This document shows, piece after piece, positions 7,291-15,347 of a stretch of DNA of 15,347 nucleotides. The first letter of the stretch is position 1, and each line of letters starts with the position of its first letter. The DNA is from Candidatus Firestoneibacteriota bacterium (GTDB lineage: Bacteria > Oederibacteriota > D2-FULL-39-29 > JBBTED01), in NCBI GenBank assembly GCA_038042445.1, contig JBBTED010000044.1, positions 1-15,347 on the forward strand. The letters are read 5' to 3'. The translations under genes and the position numbers were made by a program. The notes under the pieces were generated by a model, which did no database searches, was not told where the DNA came from, and saw only the letters and a list, made by a program, of their open reading frames with translations.

Positions 7291-8796
7291 TCTTACTAAA
7301 AATATTTTTCGTGATGCTTTTGTTCCACCAGCCTGCATAAAACATACATATATTCCACTTGCAACACTATTGCCATAATCATTATTGCCATCCCATTCTA
7401 CTAAATGGTATCCAGCTGACCTATCCTCATCTACTAACTTTTTAACCAATGTTCCTGAAACACTATATATATATATCTTCACATAAGATGGATTTTCTAA
7501 ATAATATTTTATATTTAATTTACTTGTTTCCCAGAAATACCACGGATTTGGGCCTGGTGCCAAAAGCCCGTATGATGTCGGTTTATTTATAACATTTACA
7601 TATACTTCTTTTTTCGCACCTTCTATATGTAAAGATGAACTTGAATTGTGTTCTATATAAGTTTTGTTATCTGAATCAGTTAAAGCAAGTGTAACAACAT
7701 AAGTACCTTCGTTCTCAAATCTATGCGATACTACTTTTCCTGCTGCAAGCCCTCCGTCACCAAAATTCCATTGGTATGATTTTATACTGACAGAAGAATT
7801 GTACATAATTGTCGGGCTTGCATCAAAAACCAAATCCACACCACAAGGTGCATTAAAACTATGTCTTGCTGGCCAATACAAAGTGTATGAAGAACCGACA
7901 AATAAATCTCGTCTCCACTTTCTTGAATAATCACTTGCTGCACCTTCTATATCAAAATCTGCATAAGGCCCTGACGGCAATGTGTCATCAGTTGTCATAG
8001 TAAACTGCCAGAACAAACCATTGTAATTATCTTTATAATACCATACTGTAGTTCCCATCCAGATTCTATAATAATTATTTACTTCTCTTGGCACTTCAAA
8101 ACGCATTGTTATGCCTGAAGTTATATATCCATCTATACGTTCTGGCCCTGAATTTCTGGGTAAAGATTTTAAATAATCCGGAACATATCCTGCAGGATGA
8201 GAATTGTAATATGTTACACCATCTGAATCAAGAACATAATTCCCTAATTCTTTAATATCACCTGTATCTTTTGCATAATAAACCCTCTGTGAATTATTAA
8301 GCATATCAAATTTTGTAGTTGGCCTTGTAAAATATGCTCTATTTTTATCTGTGCCTCTTATTGTATCAATCTTATATTTCCCTGTTATCATTTCACACAA
8401 TTGTCCATCAGCAGATGCTCTTATATTTTTCTCTGCACTTATTGATTCATAATCCTGGTCACCATAATAAAGAGACCATGCATTTCCATAAATCACAGCA
8501 GGATTAGTAACCGTAGAATCATCAAAAGTATAGTCAGTAATTATTCTTATTTTTACATCAATAAATCCCTGTGCTTTATGTGCAGGAGTTATAAATTTTT
8601 TAATATCAACCCATGGAGCTTTTTCCTGGTAATACCATGAATAATTACTGTTAAACCCTAAAGTTGCCTCAACTCTTGTAGGAATTATTATAGGATCTGC
8701 AGCCCACATTAAAACTTCGCCTGCACTAACAGTAAAAGTAAAAATGTAAAATGTAAAATGTAAAATGTAAAATGTAAATTTTTTATAATTTATCAT
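7288..8796 (-). CDS. Exported protein with PKD domain and C-terminal FlgD-Ig/T9SS type-A-like sorting domain
   Basis: PKD: LVFDAS...IKSYQWNFGDG..A.GKVVSHRF...GTYVVTL.LTD. C-terminus: PNP...IKYYL...VKIYIYSVSG.LVKKL...AGYH.VEWDG.ND.GN.VASGIY..FMQA...RKIFLVR. Confidence 0.8.
   Translation of the reverse strand: MINYKKFTFYILHFTFYIFTFTVSAGEVLMWAADPIIIPTRVEATLGFNSNYSWYYQEKAPWVDIKKFITPAHKAQGFIDVKIRIITDYTFDDSTVTNPAVIYGNAWSLYYGDQDYESISAEKNIRASADGQLCEMITGKYKIDTIRGTDKNRAYFTRPTTKFDMLNNSQRVYYAKDTGDIKELGNYVLDSDGVTYYNSHPAGYVPDYLKSLPRNSGPERIDGYITSGITMRFEVPREVNNYYRIWMGTTVWYYKDNYNGLFWQFTMTTDDTLPSGPYADFDIEGAASDYSRKWRRDLFVGSSYTLYWPARHSFNAPCGVDLVFDASPTIMYNSSVSIKSYQWNFGDGGLAAGKVVSHRFENEGTYVVTLALTDSDNKTYIEHNSSSSLHIEGAKKEVYVNVINKPTSYGLLAPGPNPWYFWETSKLNIKYYLENPSYVKIYIYSVSGTLVKKLVDEDRSAGYHLVEWDGNNDYGNSVASGIYVCFMQAGGTKASRKIFLVR
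8741..8778. repeat. Perfect heptanucleotide microsatellite (AAAATGT)5 within signal-peptide coding sequence
   Basis: Five exact units 8741-8775 plus AAA; the minus strand encodes FTFYILHFTFYIF. Confidence 0.95.
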
Positions 8797-8802
8797 ATCT
8801 AT

Positions 8803-9669
8803 TTATTTTTCCTGTAATTCTTCTGTTTTTTTTGCCTCAACTAATGCAAGCCTTAACATATCTTCATTCTGTTCCTTATCAGAACCATTATACCATGTAG
8901 CTCTATAACGTATAAACCCACTATTAAAATAATCTTTGTTGTAATTCTTAAACCAGCTGCATGCATATCCTGATGCTTTTCCTGACTCTGTAGTTAATTC
9001 AGTTGCCTGTGCCTGAATTTCACTTGCACCTGAATCTTCTGTAGAAGCTACTGATATTGCTGTTTTATCTAGTGAACTCAAGCTTGCCTCATTTAGACTT
9101 GATAAAACTAAAGTTACATCTGAACGATAAACTACAAATTTACCTCTGTCTAAAACTTTCATACCCAAATTTCTTGCAACGGGATTTAGATCAACTATAA
9201 TATTTAGTGCTTCATAATCTGTAGTATCAGCTCTTACTCCAAGAACCATTGTTGGTCCTTGACTACCAATAACCTTTATATCATTATCAGCAGTCCCTAA
9301 TCTCCACAAAGGATATGAACCACCTATCCATACTATTCTACCTCCTGCTTTCAAATATTTAAAAATAGTACATTCCCTATCAACAGTTTCATAAACTGTA
9401 TCTGGAGCTACACCCATTGCCATCACACATACACTTTGATATGCACCTTTTTCTATTTTAGATTTCATCCATTCTTTTAATTCAACAGCATTTTTCACTA
9501 CGAATTCTTTACTTTTCAAAAAATCTACTGTGTCCTCGCAATTAAGTATATATACCGCTTTATAATTTTCATCATAATATACCACCTTATCTACAAAAAC
9601 TGCGTTCGCGATACCCACAAAAAGAAATAATATTATACAACTCATTAATAATTTATTATATCCTAACAT
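8803..9669 (-). CDS. Hypothetical exported alpha/beta protein (start likely ATG 9669 rather than 9690)
   Basis: GAGGAG at 9680-9675, 5 nt before ATG 9669, giving signal peptide MLGYNKLLMSCIILFLFVGIANA. KYLKAGGRIVWIGG resembles class I glutamine amidotransferase-like folds (weak). Confidence 0.7.
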   Translation of the reverse strand: MLGYNKLLMSCIILFLFVGIANAVFVDKVVYYDENYKAVYILNCEDTVDFLKSKEFVVKNAVELKEWMKSKIEKGAYQSVCVMAMGVAPDTVYETVDRECTIFKYLKAGGRIVWIGGSYPLWRLGTADNDIKVIGSQGPTMVLGVRADTTDYEALNIIVDLNPVARNLGMKVLDRGKFVVYRSDVTLVLSSLNEASLSSLDKTAISVASTEDSGASEIQAQATELTTESGKASGYACSWFKNYNKDYFNSGFIRYRATWYNGSDKEQNEDMLRLALVEAKKTEELQEK

Positions 9670-9686
9670 TTTGACTCCTCTTATTT

Positions 9687-11546
9687 TCATTTCTTCTTCT
9701 TAGTTGATGCCTTATCTTTTGTATCATCTAAAACTGCATTGGCAGATTTTAATGCTTTTTCAATATTTTCTTTCGCTTTCAAAAAATCCCCAGTAGCAAT
9801 ATTATCCTTAACCAAATCATATAATTCATTAGCTGATCTCAATAAATCCAAAGACAATTTTTCAGCTCCTGTTTTTTTAGCTGTTTCAATTATAGAATTA
9901 ATTTCTATAAGTGTTTTATTCAAATATTCTTCCAATACTTTTTGCTCAACTGTATTTTTTAAAATCTTAGCATTATTAGATAACTCAATTGCAGCATCAT
10001 TAGCTTCACTTGTCTTTTTTTCATCCAGTAAATCCTGCACAGTATCCATACCGATTATCACTTTTTTAAATAAATCAAGACGGTATTTCTCAGCACCGGA
10101 TTTTTTAGCAATATCAAGATTTGCTTTAGCTTCACTAATTACCTGAGAAATTTCTATACTTGTAGATGTCTTAACATTTTCAGCTTTAGCTGTACTTTTA
10201 AAATTATCTATTTTATTTTTCGCCTCTGATATTTGGGCAATAATATTTTCTGCTACAGATTTTGCTTCTACAAAATTTTTGTTGACATATAATCCTTGTG
10301 CTTCTTTAAGTTTATTCTCAAGTTCATCAAAAAACAAAGGAATGTATGCTGTTATCTCTACATCTTCTGCTTTTGATTTAACTAATTTCTGTTTAGCCAA
10401 ATTCAGAATTTCAAAGCTTTCTTTAGCATCTTTTTCTTTTTCAGCTTTTTTCTTTTTTTCTTCCTCTACTTTTTTACGCTCTTCATCAGCTTTTGTTTTT
10501 CTTGCCTCTTCTTCTTTTATAAATGTTACACGAGGTGACTGACCAAATTTAAAAGTAAGACCTGCCCTATGTGTGCCATATGTATTTTCTATAAAATTAA
10601 ATGGAAGAGTAAAACCATAATCAAATTGTCCTTCCATATTTGCAAATCTGAATATATATCCAAAACCACAACTAACACTTTTACCGCTATTCTTTGATTC
10701 CTGAGCATATCCTCCACGTAAAACAAACACCTGATCAAATATTGAATTTTCAATACCTAAATGATATGTTATTCTACCATTTCTACTGGTAATTTCAAAA
10801 TTCGCAATATGCCGTGTTGGTGAAATCAAAGTTCCCAAAGTAAAAGCTGTTCCAAATCGCAAATTAACAGGCACCTTATCCTCAGAATACAAACTGATGT
10901 TTGGACTAGTCAGATTTTCCCCTGAAATTCCAAGTATCCAAAAATCAGCAAGTTTTCTTAAAAGACCTAAATCAAAGGTTACCCCTGAACCTGAAGTTTT
11001 TTCTGCAAAAACAGAATTGTCATAAGTTGTATCATTTGTTGAATAATTTTTAGAAAGTAATTTTAAATTAATTCCAATTGTCATAGAATCTTCTATAACA
11101 TATCTGCCATAAGATAAAACAAATGTTCCTTCTTTATAAAAATCCTCAGCATTAAAAAGTAATACACCTATTCCAAAAGCACCTATAGCTTTACTTACAG
11201 GATTAACATAAGCAATAGAACTATCAGTTAAACCTTTCATCCCTGCAAAAAGATGAGCATAAGTACCTGTGACTTCACGACGAGGTAAAATTGCAACACC
11301 TGCAGGATTATACATCACAGTATTTGCATCATCAGCGAGCGCAACAAAACCGCCACCCATACCCCATTGCCTTGCACCAATACCTCTGTCCAAAAATGCA
11401 GCATAAGAACAAATTGCAAATTGTAAATTGCAAAACGCAAAAGTTAAAACAAAAAACTTAGTATTGAATTTTACACTTCGAGATTCTTCACTTCGTTCAG
11501 AATGACGCTTCATGTCATTTTGCAATTTACATTTTACAATTTTCAT
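9687..11546 (-). CDS. PorV/PorQ-like beta-barrel fused to a C-terminal helical repeat region (start uncertain: 11561 GTG, 11546 ATG or 11513 ATG)
   Basis: GIGARQWGMGGGFVALADDANTVMYNPAG; barrel ends FDYGF...GTHRAGLTFKFG; then a charged linker and AKKSGAEKY/AKKTGAEKL helical repeats. AAGGA lies 7 nt before ATG 11546. Confidence 0.8.
   Translation of the reverse strand: MKIVKCKLQNDMKRHSERSEESRSVKFNTKFFVLTFAFCNLQFAICSYAAFLDRGIGARQWGMGGGFVALADDANTVMYNPAGVAILPRREVTGTYAHLFAGMKGLTDSSIAYVNPVSKAIGAFGIGVLLFNAEDFYKEGTFVLSYGRYVIEDSMTIGINLKLLSKNYSTNDTTYDNSVFAEKTSGSGVTFDLGLLRKLADFWILGISGENLTSPNISLYSEDKVPVNLRFGTAFTLGTLISPTRHIANFEITSRNGRITYHLGIENSIFDQVFVLRGGYAQESKNSGKSVSCGFGYIFRFANMEGQFDYGFTLPFNFIENTYGTHRAGLTFKFGQSPRVTFIKEEEARKTKADEERKKVEEEKKKKAEKEKDAKESFEILNLAKQKLVKSKAEDVEITAYIPLFFDELENKLKEAQGLYVNKNFVEAKSVAENIIAQISEAKNKIDNFKSTAKAENVKTSTSIEISQVISEAKANLDIAKKSGAEKYRLDLFKKVIIGMDTVQDLLDEKKTSEANDAAIELSNNAKILKNTVEQKVLEEYLNKTLIEINSIIETAKKTGAEKLSLDLLRSANELYDLVKDNIATGDFLKAKENIEKALKSANAVLDDTKDKASTKKKK
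11411..11542. repeat. Inverted pair of 7-nt repeat arrays (25-bp arms, 23/25 complementary) enclosing REP-like copy 2 (11481-11517)
   Basis: AAATTGCAAATTGTAAATTGCAAAA (11411-11435) vs TTTTGCAATTTACATTTTACAATTT (11518-11542). Confidence 0.85.
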
Positions 11547-11550
11547 TTTT

Positions 11551-11588
11551 AGATCCTTCACTATCGTTCAGGATGACGCTTCGCGTCA
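11551..11588 (-). repeat. REP-like palindromic element, copy 3 (TGACGC-GAA-GCGTCA mini-hairpin)
   Basis: AGATCCTTCACTATCGTTCAGGATGACGCTTCGCGTCA; near-direct repeat of 11481-11517. Includes the TGA stop of the 872-aa gene (11588-11586). Confidence 0.85.
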
Positions 11589-14204
11589 CTTTGCTATTAC
11601 AACTACTCCTTTTGCAAGTTGAGTATTTCCAAGTTTTAACTGATAAAGATATGCTCCACCTTCTACTGTGTTTCCCTCTTCATCTTTACCATCCCAGCTT
11701 ATCAATGACAACCCATTTTCATTAGTTAATGTCCTAACTAATATACCTGCCATATCATAAACCTTAAGTTCTGCTACCTCCCCATTAGTGTTATCAAAAG
11801 TAAAATTTGCAGTTTTAAATTTAGAATCCGGACCATCTGGTGTAAATGGATTGGGGAATATACTAACAGGCATCTGTGAATCTTTTACTATTATTCCAAA
11901 AGTAGATAAATGTTTTGTCTTGGCTGTTATCGTTATATCCGTATTATTGGAATCAACATTTACATCCCCTCCAGTTATCTGCCAATTTATACCTGTCCAG
12001 TATGCAATTGCCAATTTATTCTTAGCATCACTAACTGTTACTTTAGAATTTGTATTGTCCACATACCCACCAGATGCTGTACAATGAATAATAATAGTAA
12101 TAGAATTATCAAAATTGTTTATTGCTGTTTCAGTTAAATATTCTTCTGCAAAAATATCATAAGCAGTTATTGCAAACTTCGGCTCTTTTGCACCTGTAGG
12201 AACATTCAGTGTGCGTGTAATTTTAAATTTTACATCTCTTGAAATAGTATTCGCATCTATTTTTATTTTTGTTTTAGTATCATCTAAAGCAGTTAATTCT
12301 CCTTCTTTATTTGCAAAAATTACAGCAGCATTTTCCACAAAACCGCTGGATGCTGTATTACTTGCAGAACTTGTATTTCTAAATCCATCAACTGCATAAA
12401 TTTTATAATAATATGTGCCTCCTTTGGACACATCAGAATCAAGATAAGTAGTTGTAGTAATTTCAGAAGAATTTATTTTTGAATATGTTCCATTTGTTGA
12501 AGTACTCCTATAAATATCATACCAGAAATCTAAATCGCCTTTTGTAGAAGCAGACCATGTAAGTTTTATACCATTTTCAAAAATTTTAGCAGATAATGAA
12601 TAAGGAGCTGATACAGATACAAAAATACCAGTAATTACTACACGATGATTATACGTATCTGCTATTAATACTCGGTTAGTACTTGTGTCATAAGAAACTC
12701 CCCAGGGATTATAAAGCCCATCAGCAGTTGCAAAGTTAGCCCCATTTCCCCTATTTATTATGCTTGTCCCATAAGTAGGCTGACCAAAAACATAAACTGC
12801 TCCAGATTCAGCATCCTCTTGCGTAAATCCAGAAGGACAATAATATCCTAATACTCTATGATTATTATAATCAGCTATAAAAAGTTTATTGTCTGCCCAA
12901 AATACTCTTGTTGGGTTATACAAAGTATTTGATGCAGGTGTATTATTCTGGTTACCCCTATTTGAACTACCTGTTCCAAAATCGTTCTGACCAATAACTA
13001 TATCTGCTGGTGTATAATTTGATGTTGGAATTTTATTCCAGATTAAAACCCTGTGATTTCCATAATCTGCTACAAAAAGCCTTGTTCCATCTGAAAATAC
13101 TCCTGTAGGAGTTTTTAAATCACGCGAAGTGGTTCCACTATCTGGAGTATTCATATCAGGAGCACCAACAACCACATCAGCAGGTGTAGCACTTACAGTA
13201 GGAATAGTATTCCATATTAAAACTCTATTGTTATTAAAATCAGCTACAAATAATTTTATACCATCACTATGCACTCCATACGGATAATTAAATCTGTTTG
13301 CTGATGTTCCTTGCTCTACCCCAGAAAATGAAGCCTGACCAAGTATAACATTTGAAGTTATTGTTTCACTCCTTGTAAGAACAGATTTTAAAGGATTTAA
13401 TGTATTGTAAATATTCACTCTATCATAAGAATAACTACAAACAAATATCCTATTATCATCTACACAAGCATCATAAACATAATAATATCTATAGCTACTG
13501 CTACTATAACCAGTAGTAAGCATATCAGGATGTCCAAGCACTACATCTGCTGAAACTTTATTTTTTGCAGGCAAAGAATTAAAAATTAAAACTCTATTAT
13601 TATAAGAATCAGCTACATATATTTTCCCATTTCTGATAAAACAACCACGTGGATAATATAAAGTGTCTCCATCCGGAGCTCCATAATTAGAACCATCTAC
13701 TCTACCACCTCTTCCCTGATTATAAGTATTACTCACAAAATCCGGCTGTCCTATTACATAATTTCCTATTAAAGAAGTATTTATACTCTGTGCCAATTGT
13801 TCAATAACAGTAACCTGCGAACTTGCATATCCATAATTAGTTCCTTCTTTTATAGTTATTGTAGTGGTTCCAGCAGTATTTAAAGTAACAGGTATATCCC
13901 ATGCAAGACCTGAAGAAAAATTAACAGTAGAATATGTATAACTTATAGTCCCATTTAATACAGTATAAGAAAGCGTTTTATCGCCAGTATATGAAGTCTC
14001 TGTAGTAAGAGTATCATTCGTAGCTGCAATCCTTATATAAAAAGTAGTTCCAACATATTGAGTCGCAGGTGCACCTGAATTTCCAGAAGCAGAAATAAAT
14101 CTTTCACCAGGCAAACTTATAACAAGGCGAGAAATAACAGCATCAACAGAAATACTTGTCAGTAATATTAAACAAACCAGACAAATTCTAAAAGTTTGAA
14201 CCAT
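11586..14204 (-). CDS. Exported NHL-repeat beta-propeller protein with FN3 domain and C-terminal FlgD-Ig/gliding-motility-type sorting domain
   Basis: Signal peptide; repeated (K/R)(I/L)(Y/F)VAD..N(N/H)RVL and AD.V.GQ.DF blades; FN3 IKLTW..S...YDIYRS...TTYLD.DV..G.TYYYKI.AVD; C-terminal PNPFTPDG...LKVYDMAG.LVRTL...WDGKDE.G.TV.GG.YLYQL...KGVVVIAK. Confidence 0.85.
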   Translation of the reverse strand: MVQTFRICLVCLILLTSISVDAVISRLVISLPGERFISASGNSGAPATQYVGTTFYIRIAATNDTLTTETSYTGDKTLSYTVLNGTISYTYSTVNFSSGLAWDIPVTLNTAGTTTITIKEGTNYGYASSQVTVIEQLAQSINTSLIGNYVIGQPDFVSNTYNQGRGGRVDGSNYGAPDGDTLYYPRGCFIRNGKIYVADSYNNRVLIFNSLPAKNKVSADVVLGHPDMLTTGYSSSSYRYYYVYDACVDDNRIFVCSYSYDRVNIYNTLNPLKSVLTRSETITSNVILGQASFSGVEQGTSANRFNYPYGVHSDGIKLFVADFNNNRVLIWNTIPTVSATPADVVVGAPDMNTPDSGTTSRDLKTPTGVFSDGTRLFVADYGNHRVLIWNKIPTSNYTPADIVIGQNDFGTGSSNRGNQNNTPASNTLYNPTRVFWADNKLFIADYNNHRVLGYYCPSGFTQEDAESGAVYVFGQPTYGTSIINRGNGANFATADGLYNPWGVSYDTSTNRVLIADTYNHRVVITGIFVSVSAPYSLSAKIFENGIKLTWSASTKGDLDFWYDIYRSTSTNGTYSKINSSEITTTTYLDSDVSKGGTYYYKIYAVDGFRNTSSASNTASSGFVENAAVIFANKEGELTALDDTKTKIKIDANTISRDVKFKITRTLNVPTGAKEPKFAITAYDIFAEEYLTETAINNFDNSITIIIHCTASGGYVDNTNSKVTVSDAKNKLAIAYWTGINWQITGGDVNVDSNNTDITITAKTKHLSTFGIIVKDSQMPVSIFPNPFTPDGPDSKFKTANFTFDNTNGEVAELKVYDMAGILVRTLTNENGLSLISWDGKDEEGNTVEGGAYLYQLKLGNTQLAKGVVVIAK

Positions 14205-14215
14205 AAATATTATAT

Positions 14216-14246
14216 ATTAGCTATCACTATTTCATATCTCTGTCAA
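14216..14246 (-). promoter_or_regulatory. Possible promoter for the exported-protein cluster
   Basis: Perfect TTGACA (14246-14241) followed after 14 nt by TGATAGCTAAT. The -10 match is imperfect. Confidence 0.35.
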
Positions 14247-14350
14247 TTACCAAAAGGTACAAAAATAGACCTAAGACTATTGTGCAATTATATAGAAACC
14301 AATAAAACAAATATTAGTAGCACTATTTATCTATTTTTACCACCTCAAAT

Positions 14351-15347
14351 TTATTCTCCTAAAGCTTTAAGATGAGTTTTAGCTTCATCATCATATGCTG
14401 TATTTAGTAATTTTTCCCATTGCTCTATAGCTTTTTTTTCATATTTTCCAAAAGTAAGTGGTGCACTTTCTTGCATTGATTCATAAGCAAGTGCAAGTTC
14501 TCTACAAATTTCAAAATCATCAGGTTTTCTCTCAAGCCATGCTAAATACACATCTACTGCAAAACCTGATAAATCATTTTTAACATAAAATCTACCAAGC
14601 TTTTTGTATAAAATAACACTTTCCGGATTTCTTCTTATTCCTGTTATTAAAAATTGGCGAGCTTTCTCTTTTTGACCAAGTGACAAGTATTTGTCAGAAA
14701 CATTAATAAAATCATCAGAAAAAACAACTGTTGACTCCAATTCATTAAGCAAAATATTTTCATAAGCTGTCCACCAAATACTCAAAGTATCATTAATTGA
14801 GTTCACAATTAATTCTCGTGTCGTATCTTTAACAACTTCTATATTATCTACGGAACCAATTATTTCATCATAATATTTCCCAGTGCGCAAACTCACTTGA
14901 CTAAAATAATCGTCTAATGAAGCAATATACACAGGAGCTGATAATCCAGTTATTTCAAAATTTTGTTTTGCAACACCTATTTCATATTTCACCACAGTAT
15001 AAAACTGTTCCCCCTCTACCTTCTCTAATTTTAATGGCTCATTCATATCAGATATATAACCAGAGATTCTGCCAAGCTCATAAGCTATTTCTTTTGAATC
15101 TGTTTTTGTAAGTAATTTTTCCATAATTTCTTTTATATTTATTTTGCAAATCTGTTCGTCATGAAATTTATAGATATCTTCCTTATCTGATGCAATAACA
15201 CCAGATAAAAGTTCACTTTTATTTTCATCTAAAATTTTTTGCAGGTCTTTTTGAAGTAATTTGCTTGTTATAGCACTGTTTACTATCAAACGATGAGTAG
15301 CATTATCCCAACTAAAAGAATTGAAAGGGAATAAAAAAACCAAGAAA
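14351..15347 (-). CDS. Zn-dependent phospholipase C / S1-P1 nuclease-like domain (degenerate) plus TPR repeats; 5' end beyond the window
   Basis: Signal-like end then W-D-N-A-T-H (W1/H6 pattern), SDK, FH, LG.ISGYISD...P. TPR-like KARQFL..GI..NP.S..LY..LG..Y. The frame stays open to the window edge. Confidence 0.7.
   Translation of the reverse strand, partial: FLVFLFPFNSFSWDNATHRLIVNSAITSKLLQKDLQKILDENKSELLSGVIASDKEDIYKFHDEQICKINIKEIMEKLLTKTDSKEIAYELGRISGYISDMNEPLKLEKVEGEQFYTVVKYEIGVAKQNFEITGLSAPVYIASLDDYFSQVSLRTGKYYDEIIGSVDNIEVVKDTTRELIVNSINDTLSIWWTAYENILLNELESTVVFSDDFINVSDKYLSLGQKEKARQFLITGIRRNPESVILYKKLGRFYVKNDLSGFAVDVYLAWLERKPDDFEICRELALAYESMQESAPLTFGKYEKKAIEQWEKLLNTAYDDEAKTHLKALGE

Noticed and set aside
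11481..11588. Two approximately 31-nt near-direct repeats 70 nt apart resembling a mini CRISPR array
   Set aside because: Only two imperfect copies, the 'spacer' is itself a heptamer repeat, a related copy is dispersed at 7241-7290, and there are no cas genes in the window.
1939..15111. Plus-strand ORFs (1939-2247, 5132-5383, 6573-6767, 9739-10146, 10279-10542, 11788-12087, 11910-12137, 12211-12399, 14917-15111)
   Set aside because: All lie fully antisense to well-supported genes and have no recognisable motifs; they are shadow ORFs.

Overview
AT-rich bacterial window in which all credible genes lie on the minus strand. In transcription order (right to left): a 5'-truncated Zn-phospholipase C/S1-P1-like + TPR protein; a cluster of exported proteins built from two 'cargo with FlgD-Ig/T9SS-like C-terminal domain -> PorV/PorQ-like beta-barrel -> small exported protein' modules; the housekeeping genes ruvX (yqgF), mltG and speE; a Cache-HAMP-coiled-coil-receiver membrane protein with no visible catalytic output domain; and an FmdB-type zinc-ribbon gene. 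The most striking signal is repeat architecture. Signal peptides of three exported proteins are encoded by 7-nt tandem repeats, one a perfect (AAAATGT)5 that could phase-vary. A small covarying palindromic element with a GAA-loop mini-hairpin starts exactly at the TGA stop of both cargo genes, and a third copy is translated in frame. A dRS3-like/MITE-like palindrome and a CCCCCTTT/AAAGGGGG element at the speE ribosome-binding site are also present. All family assignments come from motif recognition by eye, not database searches.
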